Shown here: positions 53,666-63,059 of the stretch, in pieces | Layout of the letters: each line of letters opens with the position of its first letter | Position numbering within the stretch: the first letter of the stretch is position 1 | NCBI GenBank assembly: GCA_965243135.1 | Contig: OZ251539.1 | Span: forward strand, 2,400,001 to 2,464,000 | DNA: 64,000 nucleotides | Source: Alphaproteobacteria bacterium | Lineage (GTDB): Bacteria > Pseudomonadota > Alphaproteobacteria > MPNO01 > UBA830 | Direction of reading: 5' to 3' | Translations under genes and position numbers: made by a program | The notes under the pieces: generated by a model | The model's input: only the letters and a program-made list of their open reading frames with translations | Database searches by the model: none | Told to the model about the DNA's origin: nothing

Positions 53666-54531
53666 GCGCGGCGGCGACGGACGCGGGCGCCCTGCGGCGC
53701 ATGCTCCGTTCCGGGCGCGTCGTCGGCGGCGGAGCGATCCTCGTCGCGTTGTCTCTCTGCGCCGCGGCGGCGCCGCTGATCGCGCCGTTCGATCCCAACG
53801 AACAGAATCTGCTGATCGCGCTAAAAGGGCCCATATGGACCGACACGGCGGTCGAAAACCATTGGTTGGGCACCGACAGCCTCGGCCGCGACACGCTGTC
53901 CCGGCTGATCTACGGCGCGCGGGTCGCCCTGTTCGTCGCCGTCTGCGCCTCGGTCGGCACGATGTTGATCGGCACGGCCCTCGCCCTGCTGGCCGGCTAT
54001 TTCGGCGGAATCGTGGACTGGACGATCTCGCGCGCAGTGGACCTGTGGATGTCTTTTCCGCCGGTCGTGCTGTCGCTGATCCTGATCGTCGGCTTCGGCG
54101 TCGGCATCGGCAACGTCATCCTTGCGATCGTCCTGGTGGACTGGACCCGATTTTGCCGCGTGGTGCGCAGCGAAGTTCTGGTGATCCGGCGGCGGGACTA
54201 CGTGGATGCCGCTTTGCTGTCGGGATTTTCCCATTCGCGCGCGATCTTGCGGGAAATCCTGCCGGCCGCCGCGCCCCTGATCATCACGTTGATGAGTTTG
54301 GAAATGGGCATCGCGGTAATCGTCGAAGCGATTCTCAGCTTCGTCGGCATGAGCGTCGAGGCCGGGATTCCCGCATGGGGGGTGATGATCGCCGATGCCC
54401 GCAACTACATGTATCAATCCGCTTGGGGACTTGTGCTGCCGATCGTCGCCATCGTGCTGACCGTGCTGGGGTTCAATCTGCTGGGCGATGGCCTGCGCCG
54501 GACGCTGGACGCCCGGCTGCAGCAGCATTGA
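53662..54531 (+). CDS. ABC permease (DppC-like)
   Basis: GTGA overlap; HWLGTDSLGRD, GFNLLGDGLR. Confidence 0.92.
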   Translation: MSAAATDAGALRRMLRSGRVVGGGAILVALSLCAAAAPLIAPFDPNEQNLLIALKGPIWTDTAVENHWLGTDSLGRDTLSRLIYGARVALFVAVCASVGTMLIGTALALLAGYFGGIVDWTISRAVDLWMSFPPVVLSLILIVGFGVGIGNVILAIVLVDWTRFCRVVRSEVLVIRRRDYVDAALLSGFSHSRAILREILPAAAPLIITLMSLEMGIAVIVEAILSFVGMSVEAGIPAWGVMIADARNYMYQSAWGLVLPIVAIVLTVLGFNLLGDGLRRTLDARLQQH

Positions 54532-54541
54532 GCGCTTCGCC

Positions 54542-56338
54542 GTGACGCTTCTGGCCCTGAAGGACGTCAATGTCGCGACGCGGATCGACGGGCGGCGCGT
54601 AGACGTGCTTCGCGACGTTTCGCTCGCCGTCGGCCGGGGCGAACTGGTCGGCGTCGTCGGCGAATCCGGCGCGGGGAAATCCATGTTGGGCCGCTTGATC
54701 GCCGACATGCTGCCGAAAGGCTTTTCGGTAAGCGGCGGCGGCGTCGCCTTTCGCGGCCGCGACTTGTTGGGCATGCCGACGCGCGAACGATCCGGTTTGC
54801 TGGGCAGCGCGATCGCCTTCGTGCCTCAGCACCCCATGACGTCGCTCAATCCCGTTCTATCGTTGGGGGCTCAGTTCGACGAGCATCTGAAACGCCTCGG
54901 CCACGTCGGCAAGGCTGCGCGGCGCGACCGGGTTGTCGCCGCGCTCGACGCCGTCCGTTTGCCGCGTCCGGCGGACCTGTTGCGCCGATTCCCGCACCAG
55001 CTCTCCGGCGGTCAGTGCCAGCGGGCGTTGATCGCCATGGCTTTCGCCGGAAAGCCCGATCTTATCGTCGCCGACGAGCCGACGACGGCCCTGGACATGA
55101 TCGCGCAGGCGCGGGTCATGGATCTCATCGGCGAACTGCAACGCGACAGCGACACCGGCTTGCTGTTCATAACCCACGATCTGCGGCTGGCGGCGAAGCA
55201 TTGTCAGCGGATCGCCGTCATGTATACGGGCGAAGTCGTGGAGACCGGTCCGGCGGCGGCGTTGCTCGAAGATCCGTTGCATCCCTACACGTGCAGCCTG
55301 ATTGCCGCCAACCCTGGACTCAGCGGACCGATCCGGCGCCTCGTCGCCTTGCCCGACCGCATGCCCGGCCTCGCCGGTTTCGCCGACCTGCCGGGATGCC
55401 GCTTCGCTCCGCGTTGCCCCGTTCGGGACGACTCCTGCGCCATGACCCGCTCGCCGTTAAAGGAGGTCGCGCCCGGACGCTTCGTCCGCGGCGCCGAAGC
55501 CTGCCGAGGGGCGCTGCCGACTTCGGCGGGTCATGTCCAACGTCCGGTCGCCGCGGCGGGTCCGATTCTGTCGGTCAACGGGTTAGGAAAGACCTTTCGG
55601 TCCGGCCGCGACTGGCTGGGACGCCGCCGAGCGCCGGTCGCGGCGGTCGATCGGGTGACGTTCGACGTCGCGTTCGGCGAGTTCGTCGGACTTGTCGGCG
55701 AAAGCGGCAGCGGCAAGTCGACCGTCGCCCGGTTGTTGGTGGGCCTCGAAACGCCGGATTGCGGTCGCGTCGTCGTGGACGGTCACGACGTCACCGGACC
55801 GTTTCGGCGCGCCGCGGCGCAACGCGTCAACCTGATCCAGATGATTTTTCAGGATCCGCAGTCGGCGCTCAATCCGCGTCAACGGGTCGGTCGCCTGGTC
55901 ACGCAATCGATGGAAGCGCGGCGGCCGGCGGCCCGCTGGCCGCAGCGGATGGAGCGGGCGCGCGAGCTTTTGCGCCAAACCGGACTCGCATCCGATACGA
56001 TCGACCGCTTTCCCGCTCAGGTCTCCGGCGGTCAGCGTCAGCGGATCAATATCGCCCGGGCTCTTTGCGCTTTGCCCAAAGTCCTGATCGCCGACGAGAT
56101 CGTCTCGGGTCTCGACGTTTCGGTGCAGGCCCAGATTCTCAATTTGTTGATCGACATGCGCGAGCGGATGGGCGTTTCCTTGCTTTTCATCAGTCACGAC
56201 CTCTCGGTGATACGCTACCTGTGCGACCGGGTGGCAATCATGAATCATGGCCGAATCGTGGAGCAAGGGCCGACGGAAGAAGTGTTCCGCTCGCCTCGCC
56301 ACGACTACACCAAGGCTCTGCTGGCCGCAGTGCCCTGA
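54542..56338 (+). CDS. Fused dual ABC ATPase (DppD/F-like)
   Basis: Two Walker A motifs (GESGAGKS, GESGSGKS), LSGGQ/VSGGQ, ADEPTTALD, HPYT, GCRFAPRC. Confidence 0.92.
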   Translation: MTLLALKDVNVATRIDGRRVDVLRDVSLAVGRGELVGVVGESGAGKSMLGRLIADMLPKGFSVSGGGVAFRGRDLLGMPTRERSGLLGSAIAFVPQHPMTSLNPVLSLGAQFDEHLKRLGHVGKAARRDRVVAALDAVRLPRPADLLRRFPHQLSGGQCQRALIAMAFAGKPDLIVADEPTTALDMIAQARVMDLIGELQRDSDTGLLFITHDLRLAAKHCQRIAVMYTGEVVETGPAAALLEDPLHPYTCSLIAANPGLSGPIRRLVALPDRMPGLAGFADLPGCRFAPRCPVRDDSCAMTRSPLKEVAPGRFVRGAEACRGALPTSAGHVQRPVAAAGPILSVNGLGKTFRSGRDWLGRRRAPVAAVDRVTFDVAFGEFVGLVGESGSGKSTVARLLVGLETPDCGRVVVDGHDVTGPFRRAAAQRVNLIQMIFQDPQSALNPRQRVGRLVTQSMEARRPAARWPQRMERARELLRQTGLASDTIDRFPAQVSGGQRQRINIARALCALPKVLIADEIVSGLDVSVQAQILNLLIDMRERMGVSLLFISHDLSVIRYLCDRVAIMNHGRIVEQGPTEEVFRSPRHDYTKALLAAVP

Positions 56339-56586
56339 AGCCGCCGCGCTTCGCGCATGGACGCCGACGCAAGCGCATTTCGAGCTCGGCCGGACGGCGA
56401 CGCCCGGCCGAATCCGGGCGCTTTCTCGAAGCGGCGTAGAGGCGCGCGAAAAACGAGCCGTAGAATCGTGCGAGAAGGCTGCGCAACCAATTTCATGAAT
56501 GGCCGACGCATATGACGCATATAGCGAAAGGGAAGTTGGCGGCGGAAGCCCGATTGATGCTCCGGCGCAGGGCGGCAGAATGGAAT

Positions 56587-56647
56587 TGCGAAGTGGCGCA
56601 GTCCGGTAGCGCGCCAAGCTCATAACCTGAAGGTCGCAGGTTCGAAT
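56587..56647 (+). pseudogene. Truncated, degenerate tRNA-Met(CAT), initiator-like
   Basis: TGCGAAGTGGCGCAGTCCGGTAGCGCGCCAAGCTCATAACCTGAAGGTCGCAGGTTCGAAT: D-arm, CAT anticodon and GGTTCGAAT present; 3' T-stem, acceptor strand and CCA missing; anticodon stem mispaired. Confidence 0.8.
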
Positions 56648-56764
56648 GGCGGGTTGGGGATTATCCGCTCGGGAATCGATGCGCTCGCCCCAAGGTTGGC
56701 GGTTGCGCTCTCCGAGCGGCGGTCCCCAGTTACACCACCGGTAGACCGGCGCGGACCGGCGCTC

Positions 56765-57082
56765 CTAGAGGCCTGCGAAGGCGAACGATCCGCGATTCCT
56801 CATGCCGATAAGCCAGGGTTGCTTCGCCCCGCCCGTGCGCTTCCATTCGTAGAACCCGTTCGCCGGGATCAGGCAGCGGCGGGTGGCGAACGCGGCCCGG
56901 AACGAGGGCTTGGTCCGCGCCGTCTCCGAACGCGCGTTGATGAGCTTGTGGCCGATCGCGGGCCCCTGGCCCATCCCGGCGCGGGACCCCAACGCAGCAT
57001 CGAAAGACTGCGGCGGCCCGGAGAAATCGAGAAACAGGTTCGCCTGATCCCAAGTGAACGTCCGCGTGAAGCGGCCTCACAT
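56765..57082 (-). pseudogene. SOS response-associated peptidase (SRAP) pseudogene
   Basis: Start reads M*GRF (Cys codon changed to TGA); LRWG, LINARSET, RRCLIPANGFYEW; frameshifts. Confidence 0.85.
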
Positions 57083-57158
57083 GATCGAACTCGTATCCTC
57101 GGCCGGTTATCCTCAAACGACGTTCGCGACGCGGCGGATTCGAGGCGCCCCACTGCCG

Positions 57159-58181
57159 TCACGTTCGATTTATCGTGGCATCGGCGTGGCGAAGCTGGTT
57201 CACGATCCATTCGAACGTCGGCGCGTCGCCGAGGATCATGTCGTGCATGGCCCGGTAATCGCGCTCGATCGCCGTGCGCAGTCCCGGCTGCGGGACCAGT
57301 CGCAGCGGGAACGGCCTCCTCGAACCGTTTCCAGGCCTGCCGGAAGGCGACGAGGTTATGGTTCCGGACCGCCTCCAGCAGACCTTGGTCCGACAGATTG
57401 CCGATCCCGCTCGCCGTCATCATCGCAGCGTCGTAGTAGTGGCGCGAGATCCGGTCCTTGTCGGCCGGCAGCCGCTTCGCGTCCCGGTATCCGCAATGCA
57501 CGCCGTGCAGGATCAGCAGTTTCTCCCAATACGTCCGCTCCGGCGCGATCGTCGCGACGTTCTCCGCGTCGAACGACCAATCGGGCAGATCGTCGGCGAC
57601 ATAGGGACGGACGGCGCGAGTCACGCTGGGTTCCAGCGCCGACCGTGCGCCGGCTTCGATCTTCACGCGCGGAGAGACATAGGCAGTGCCGCCGCTCGGA
57701 TACAGGTGGGACGAGAAGCGTCTGCCCGTCGCCGTCGTCCTCGTCCGGGACGACATCGCACCCGCCCGTCATCTCGCCGATCAACTCTGACAAGGCGGCG
57801 TTCAGTTTCCCGAGAACGTAGCCGCCGCACGCCCGGGCGAGTTCCTCGAACAGCGCCTCCCTCTTCCTGTTCGATAGGCCATCCGCGATGGTCGGGTCCC
57901 GGTCACCCGCGAAGCCCAGGTCGACGCGGTGGACGACGACGTCGATGTCTTCGGAGAACCGCTGGATCAGTCCGAAGGCCTTGGAGAGCGAGGTCCCGCC
58001 CTTGAAGAGCAGCGTGCCCGTCGGGAAGCCAGTTGTACAACGCGTCGAGAACGAGACAGATCCAGAAATCCTTCTCCACATGGCCGGGCAATGTGCCCAA
58101 GCGGCGCGCCGCGGACTCGAACACGTCCCGCCTGTTCCGTTCCGAAAGGGCGAGGAAGGACTCGAAGGCTTCCGCCGTCAT
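57159..58181 (-). pseudogene. AbiEii-type nucleotidyltransferase toxin pseudogene
   Basis: VEKDFW, LLFKGGTSLSKAFGLIQRFSEDID, VKIEAGARS, RTYWEK, SRHYYD split over several frames. Confidence 0.88.
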
Positions 58182-58801
58182 GCCGCGGCGGCCCGGTCGG
58201 ACGCGACGTCGCGCACGAGCGGCAGCGCCCAGCCGGGCAGGTCGCGGCCGTTGACGTACAGATCCTGCTTCACCGCGTCGGGAAGGCGGCGCTTCAGAAT
58301 CGAGACGACCCGCACGTCGGCGGCGGCGTCAGGGCCGAGCCATCGCAGCGCCTGAGCCACCGGAGCCGCCGGCCGGCCGGCCCATCGCATGACGCGGGGG
58401 CCTGCGTGCCGGAACCGGATCGTCCTTCCGTCGATCTCGACCGTCCTCGAAGCGCCGTCCGTCGCGTAGCTGGCCTTGGCGGGCACCGCGTTGGTGAGAC
58501 CGAGGCCGTGGGCGGCGGCCGCGCCGTCGGGCATGATGCGGATGCAGTCCCGCCGCACGAGGGCCGCGACGGCGGCGTCGAGATCGACCGGCGCGGGCCG
58601 CTTCAGCACGTCACTCGTTCTCGGCAGGTCGTAGAGGCCGCGCCCGGCCCGGCGCAGCCGGCCGGCCTTGACGAGGCGCGAAAGCGCTTGGTCGACAGCC
58701 TGACGGCCGCCGAGGTCGAGAAAATCCTTCGGCGTGCACACCCATCTTCCCCGGCCGTGCGCGCTCACCCTCTTCATGATCCTGTCGGCCACGCGGGTCA
58801 T
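58178..58801 (-). CDS. AbiEi-type (DUF6088-like) antitoxin/regulator
   Basis: TPKDFLDLG, AVDQALSRL, RGLYDLP, AAHGLGLTNAVPA; stop overlaps the toxin ATG. Confidence 0.85.
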   Translation of the reverse strand: MTRVADRIMKRVSAHGRGRWVCTPKDFLDLGGRQAVDQALSRLVKAGRLRRAGRGLYDLPRTSDVLKRPAPVDLDAAVAALVRRDCIRIMPDGAAAAHGLGLTNAVPAKASYATDGASRTVEIDGRTIRFRHAGPRVMRWAGRPAAPVAQALRWLGPDAAADVRVVSILKRRLPDAVKQDLYVNGRDLPGWALPLVRDVASDRAAAA

Positions 58802-59279
58802 CGGACCACCCCCTGGAGGCGATTGTCTGTCAGAAAATATATACATTTTTACTGCCTCGACAACCGATGTCTTTGCTTGAAGACCGCCAAGCCGGAACAA
58901 ACGCTCATGATCGGCGCCTGCTCACCCCGTAGCATGTAACTGGTGGTTTTGCCGGCGTCGCGCCGCTATCATGCACCGACATAACCGTTCCGCGTTCGGG
59001 CGTCGCGGCGTGAAGACAGGGCTGTACGGGGCAGCCCTCAGCGTCACGCTCCCGAATGCTCGAACGGCAAGCACCGCCGCGAAAAATCTTCGATTCGCGG
59101 AACGGGTTGTTATGGCCTGCGGCTCGGGGTAGTTACACAGCAAAGGCGCAGTGTACGACCTGCTCTTTGGACCTGATCGGCTTGCCTCGCTGGTCAGCGG
59201 CCGAAACGCACAGCCTCATGGCTCCACCATGTCGATGCGCTCGCCCCAGGGTTGGCGGTTGCGCGCGCCGGGCGGCGGA

Positions 59280-59590
59280 CCCCAGTTGCACCACCGGATA
59301 GTCCGGCTCGGCCTCCGGGTAACGGTCGCATTTTATGTCGGTCAGATACGGGCAGCAGCTTGGGCGCAGCCCCTGCTCGGAGAGCCACGCGGAGCCCGGC
59401 CGAAAGTCGGTGCCGCCGCGTCCCTTGATCGCGATCCGCTCCGGCAGGTCGCCGGAGGCATGGATGGCGGCATCCTGGACGGCGGCATCGACCTGGATGA
59501 GCGCCACGGTCTCGGGTTGCAGTTCCGCCGCGATCTCCCGGACCTCGGTCCAGAACAGGGCGAGCGTGTCGGTCGGCAGCGTCGGCGCAT
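59280..59590 (-). pseudogene. C-terminal VWA-like fragment (DUF2201-type metallopeptidase-VWA protein)
   Basis: LIQVDAAV, KGRGGTDFRP, YLTD, PDYPVV; no N-terminus; coordinates approximate. Confidence 0.7.
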
Positions 59591-59672
59591 GACCGGCCGG
59601 GGTCACGGCATTGACTAGCGACGGCGGCGTCCCCATGTTCAAGCAATTCAGAATCCGTAGCGTGGAAGACTC

Positions 59673-60137
59673 ATGAACCGGGAAGGGTTCGTGCGAGACG
59701 CGGCGGCGCGCGGCAAGTACGCCCCGCTCTATCGCCATCTCTCCGTGCGTTCCGAGGCGGAATGGCGCGTTTCCTTCGATGAGGTCGAGGCGATCCTGGG
59801 CTTCCGCCTACCGGATTCGGCACGCCTGTACCGACCCTGGTGGTCAAACCAGGGAAAGAGCGGCGGACACAGCCATGCGCTCTCCTGGCAGGCGGCGTGC
59901 TGGCGGACGAGCGCCATCGACCTCGAGTCGGAGACACTGATGTTTCGGCGCGCGGCGGACGCGCCCGCGCAGGCCGGGAAACCGCATCGCGGGCAGCGGT
60001 TCGACATCGACGAGTTCTGGCCGCCGATTCGGGGCGGGTCTTGGCCGCCGGGTTTCACGGTCAGCCGCGAACAGATCTATGACGAGGCCGGGCGTCTGAC
60101 CGGCGGGCCGCAGGACGATTCCGAAGGCGACCTTTGA
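59673..60137 (+). CDS. DUF7662-like domain protein with VapB-like C-terminal tail (putative antitoxin)
   Basis: KYAPLYRHL...SFDEVEAILGFRLPDSA...WWSN...HALSW; tail WPPGFTVSREQIYDE; overlaps the PIN gene start. Confidence 0.7.
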   Translation: MNREGFVRDAAARGKYAPLYRHLSVRSEAEWRVSFDEVEAILGFRLPDSARLYRPWWSNQGKSGGHSHALSWQAACWRTSAIDLESETLMFRRAADAPAQAGKPHRGQRFDIDEFWPPIRGGSWPPGFTVSREQIYDEAGRLTGGPQDDSEGDL

Positions 60138-60574
60138 GGCGACGGATGTTTTTCGACACCAATGTTCTGGTTCGGGCCCATTTCGAAGCCGCTCCCGACC
60201 ACCGGCTCGCCCGCCTCCGCATGAGCGAGGCCGGCAAGAGGCGGGAAACGTTGCGCGTTAGCCGACAAGTCCTCCGAGAATATCTGGCGACCGTCACCCG
60301 TCCGCAAGCTTGGTCTCCACCGGTGGACGAGGCGCTGGGACACGCAGCGAGACTCGAAGCCAGGTTCGACATACTAGAGGACGGCCCGGCGGTGACGGAC
60401 GCGCTCGCGACGCTCTGTCGCGAAGTACCGGTCGCGGGCAAGCAGGTTCACGACGCCAATATCGTGGCGACCATGCTGGTCCATGGCGAATGGCGCCTTT
60501 TGACCTTCGATGCGCGCGGTTTCCGCCGGTACGAGGGGCGAATAGAACTGGTGGACGCGGGGGCGGCGGAATAA
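60134..60574 (+). CDS. PIN-domain (VapC-like) ribonuclease
   Basis: FFDTNVLV, QVLREY, GKQVHDANIVATM, LLTFD (alternative ATG 60146). Confidence 0.88.
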   Translation: MRRRMFFDTNVLVRAHFEAAPDHRLARLRMSEAGKRRETLRVSRQVLREYLATVTRPQAWSPPVDEALGHAARLEARFDILEDGPAVTDALATLCREVPVAGKQVHDANIVATMLVHGEWRLLTFDARGFRRYEGRIELVDAGAAE

Positions 60575-60594
60575 GCGCCAAGGCTGACGGGACG

Positions 60595-60870
60595 CTGGCG
60601 GCCGCAGCCAAGCAGCGGGTCGAGGAAGGGCCGGAGGCGCCCCGCGCCGGGCTTGCGCCCTATGTCGAGAAGCATATGCGCGACCGCCGCGGCGAAGATT
60701 GGCGGCAGTATGCCAGCCGCGCCGTGCGAGGCGACTCCACCGACCCGCTGGACGTCCAGGCGCTGTTGAGGACGATGTTCGACAACTGGAACGATCCGGC
60801 ACGATGAGCGACTACGCAGGACGCGGAGTTTTATTTCGCTCTTGATCGATGCGCGCGACGCCGCTGCGCT
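60595..60870 (+). pseudogene. Swt1-like HEPN domain remnant
   Basis: GLAPYVE...LDVQALLRTMFDNWND, then after a frameshift RSFISLLIDARDAAA; truncated; coordinates approximate. Confidence 0.65.
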
Positions 60871-61061
60871 AACTCGACTCCGTGTTCGGGTCCGAAATGC
60901 CGCGCGAAGGCCTCGGACGGCTTCGGCCGGCACTCGGTCTTGACACGCTTCTCGCGGATAAGGCGGCGGACGAACTCTTCCATCGAAACGCCAACGTGAC
61001 GCGCTTCGCGCTTGAGCCAGGACTTGTCTCATGGATCGATGTCGCGGACGGTGGTGTTCAT
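60868..61061 (-). pseudogene. FitA-like ribbon-helix-helix antitoxin pseudogene
   Basis: MNTTVRDIDP*DKSWLKREARHVGVSMEEFVRRLI...FGPEHGVEL; internal stop; GGAGG RBS; no toxin follows. Confidence 0.7.
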
Positions 61062-61499
61062 CTTGGCAGCCTCCCTGCGTCCACGTAATGGAGAAGAGGG
61101 CGTCGGACGATCTCGCTTGGGGTTGCGGGCTTGCGGCCCTTGGGGAGGCACTTGGCGTGGGATCTGTTGCGCTTGAGGCTGGCGTGGAAGACCTTGCGGC
61201 GCAAGCTGGGGACGGGGGAGACGGTTCTTTGGGCAAGGCGCGGCGATGGACGGGATCGTCCGAAGAGCCGAAGGTGGTCGTTGACGAAACTGCGTTGTCG
61301 GACAAGAAAACATGGCGCGACCGGAATGCGCAGCCCCGAAGCGCGTTCAATGGAATATTCAATGCCGACTGCACAAAGAATCAGCAAAAACAACCTACTT
61401 ATATGACAGCATGTCAGGAATTCCGAAGCTGGAAGACTGCCTACTCTCGCCCTCCTGTCCTTGACTTGAGGTTTTTGGAACAAAGGTTACCTTACGATC

Positions 61500-63059
61500 A
61501 TGACCACTCGCTGGGAATTCTACGGACGCCGCCGCGAGCTGGGCGGCCTGCTGGAGAAGATGCGCCGGGACCGATGGTTCTTCGCCGCTATCCACGGCCG
61601 CCGCCGGATCGGCAAGACCGCCCTGGTCCAGCAGGCGCTGAACACGCTCGCGGAGGACGACGCGCGCCCGGCGCTTCTGGTACAGTTGCCCGACAGCAAC
61701 GCAGCGGATCTCGCCGCGGTGTTCCAGAACGCCGTTCGGGAAGCGGGGATCGAAAACCGTCTCGATGGAGGAGACCGTATCCGCGACCTGCCCGGCGTGG
61801 CGGCCGCGGTGGGAGCGCTCTGCGCCGAGAGTATGATCGTGGCTCTCGACGAATTCCAGCTCTGCCGCCGAGGACCGTTGAGCGCCTTGCCGTCTCTGCT
61901 TCAGGCGCAAGTGGACCGGCTCCAGGACCGGGATGCGGCGGGCGGACTGATCGTTCTCGGCTCGGTCCAGACCGAAATGGAAGCCTTGCTCGAAGACCGG
62001 AGGGCGCCGCTGTTCGGGCGGACGACGTTCCATGTCTCGCTCGGTCCATGGGATCTGCGGACGGTCTTCGAAGTCTGCAGCAAGCACGGCGCGGGCGATC
62101 CGGCGCGCTGCCTGACCCTCTGGACGCTGTTCGGCGGCATCCCCAAATACTGGCGACACTTCGCCGAGACGGACGGGCTGGACGCCGTTCCGGACTGGAC
62201 GGATTGGGCGGCGGAACTGTGCGTACGGCTCTTCCTGCGCTCCGACGCCCTCCTCCGCGAGGAGGGCGAGGCGCTGATGGGGCGCGAGTTGCGCCGTGCC
62301 TATCTCGCTATCTTCCGCACGCTAGCGGAACGGAGGGTCTGCTCCCATGCGGAGTTGAAGGAGGCGTTGCCTGACCAAACGAGCCTGGGGCCTTATCTGA
62401 AAACTCTGACCCGGGACTTGCGCCTGATCGACAAGGAACTTCCGGTGTTCGCCGACGACTCGTCGAGGGGCGCACGGTACGTCGTTTCCGACCCGTTCCT
62501 GCGCGCTTGGCTCGCCGCATTGCAACCCGCCTGCCAGGCCGCACGGATTTCTCCTGTGGCGGAGGTGGCGGCGCGCTTGCTCCCGAGGCTTCGCGCCCTG
62601 GAGGGGCATGCCTTCGAACGGATGGTGCGGGATGCGACCGAGGAGGCGTCGCGGGCGGGCGGCGGCGACTTCCCGCTGACGGACCGCGTCCGGGGCTATT
62701 GGAACAGGCCTCGATCCGCCCCCGAGGCGGTGGAGATCGATCTCGTGGCGTGGAACGACGACGACCGGCGCGTGCGCTTTGGCTCCTGCAAGCGGCACCG
62801 GCACGATGCCGGAGCGCTTCGCGCCTTCCGCGGCCATGTGGATCGGTTCCTGTCGACGCGGGCGGGACGCCGTTTCCGGGGCTGGCGGCAGGAACTCGCG
62901 CTGTTCTCTCCCTGGTTTTCGGAAGAGCGGCGTGCGAACCTCGAAGCCGAGGGTTGGACATGCCGCGATTTGGACGATTTCCGGCGCTCGCTTCTCGAAG
63001 ACGGGCGCGGTCCAAGGGGTCCGCTGGCGGCATCGTCGAAGGTCGCGGGAGACGAATGA
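61500..63059 (+). CDS. P-loop ATPase (ATPase_2/DUF234 type) with C-terminal PD-(D/E)xK-like domain
   Basis: FYGRRRE, GRRRIGKT, LDEFQ, GGIPKY, DPFLRAW, EIDLVA...GSCK. Confidence 0.85.
   Translation: MTTRWEFYGRRRELGGLLEKMRRDRWFFAAIHGRRRIGKTALVQQALNTLAEDDARPALLVQLPDSNAADLAAVFQNAVREAGIENRLDGGDRIRDLPGVAAAVGALCAESMIVALDEFQLCRRGPLSALPSLLQAQVDRLQDRDAAGGLIVLGSVQTEMEALLEDRRAPLFGRTTFHVSLGPWDLRTVFEVCSKHGAGDPARCLTLWTLFGGIPKYWRHFAETDGLDAVPDWTDWAAELCVRLFLRSDALLREEGEALMGRELRRAYLAIFRTLAERRVCSHAELKEALPDQTSLGPYLKTLTRDLRLIDKELPVFADDSSRGARYVVSDPFLRAWLAALQPACQAARISPVAEVAARLLPRLRALEGHAFERMVRDATEEASRAGGGDFPLTDRVRGYWNRPRSAPEAVEIDLVAWNDDDRRVRFGSCKRHRHDAGALRAFRGHVDRFLSTRAGRRFRGWRQELALFSPWFSEERRANLEAEGWTCRDLDDFRRSLLEDGRGPRGPLAASSKVAGDE

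Noticed and set aside
56478-56490. GCGCAACCA upstream of the tRNA remnant as its displaced 3' end
   Set aside because: Too short, on the wrong side, and lacks the T-stem complement; likely chance or an instance of the intergenic motif
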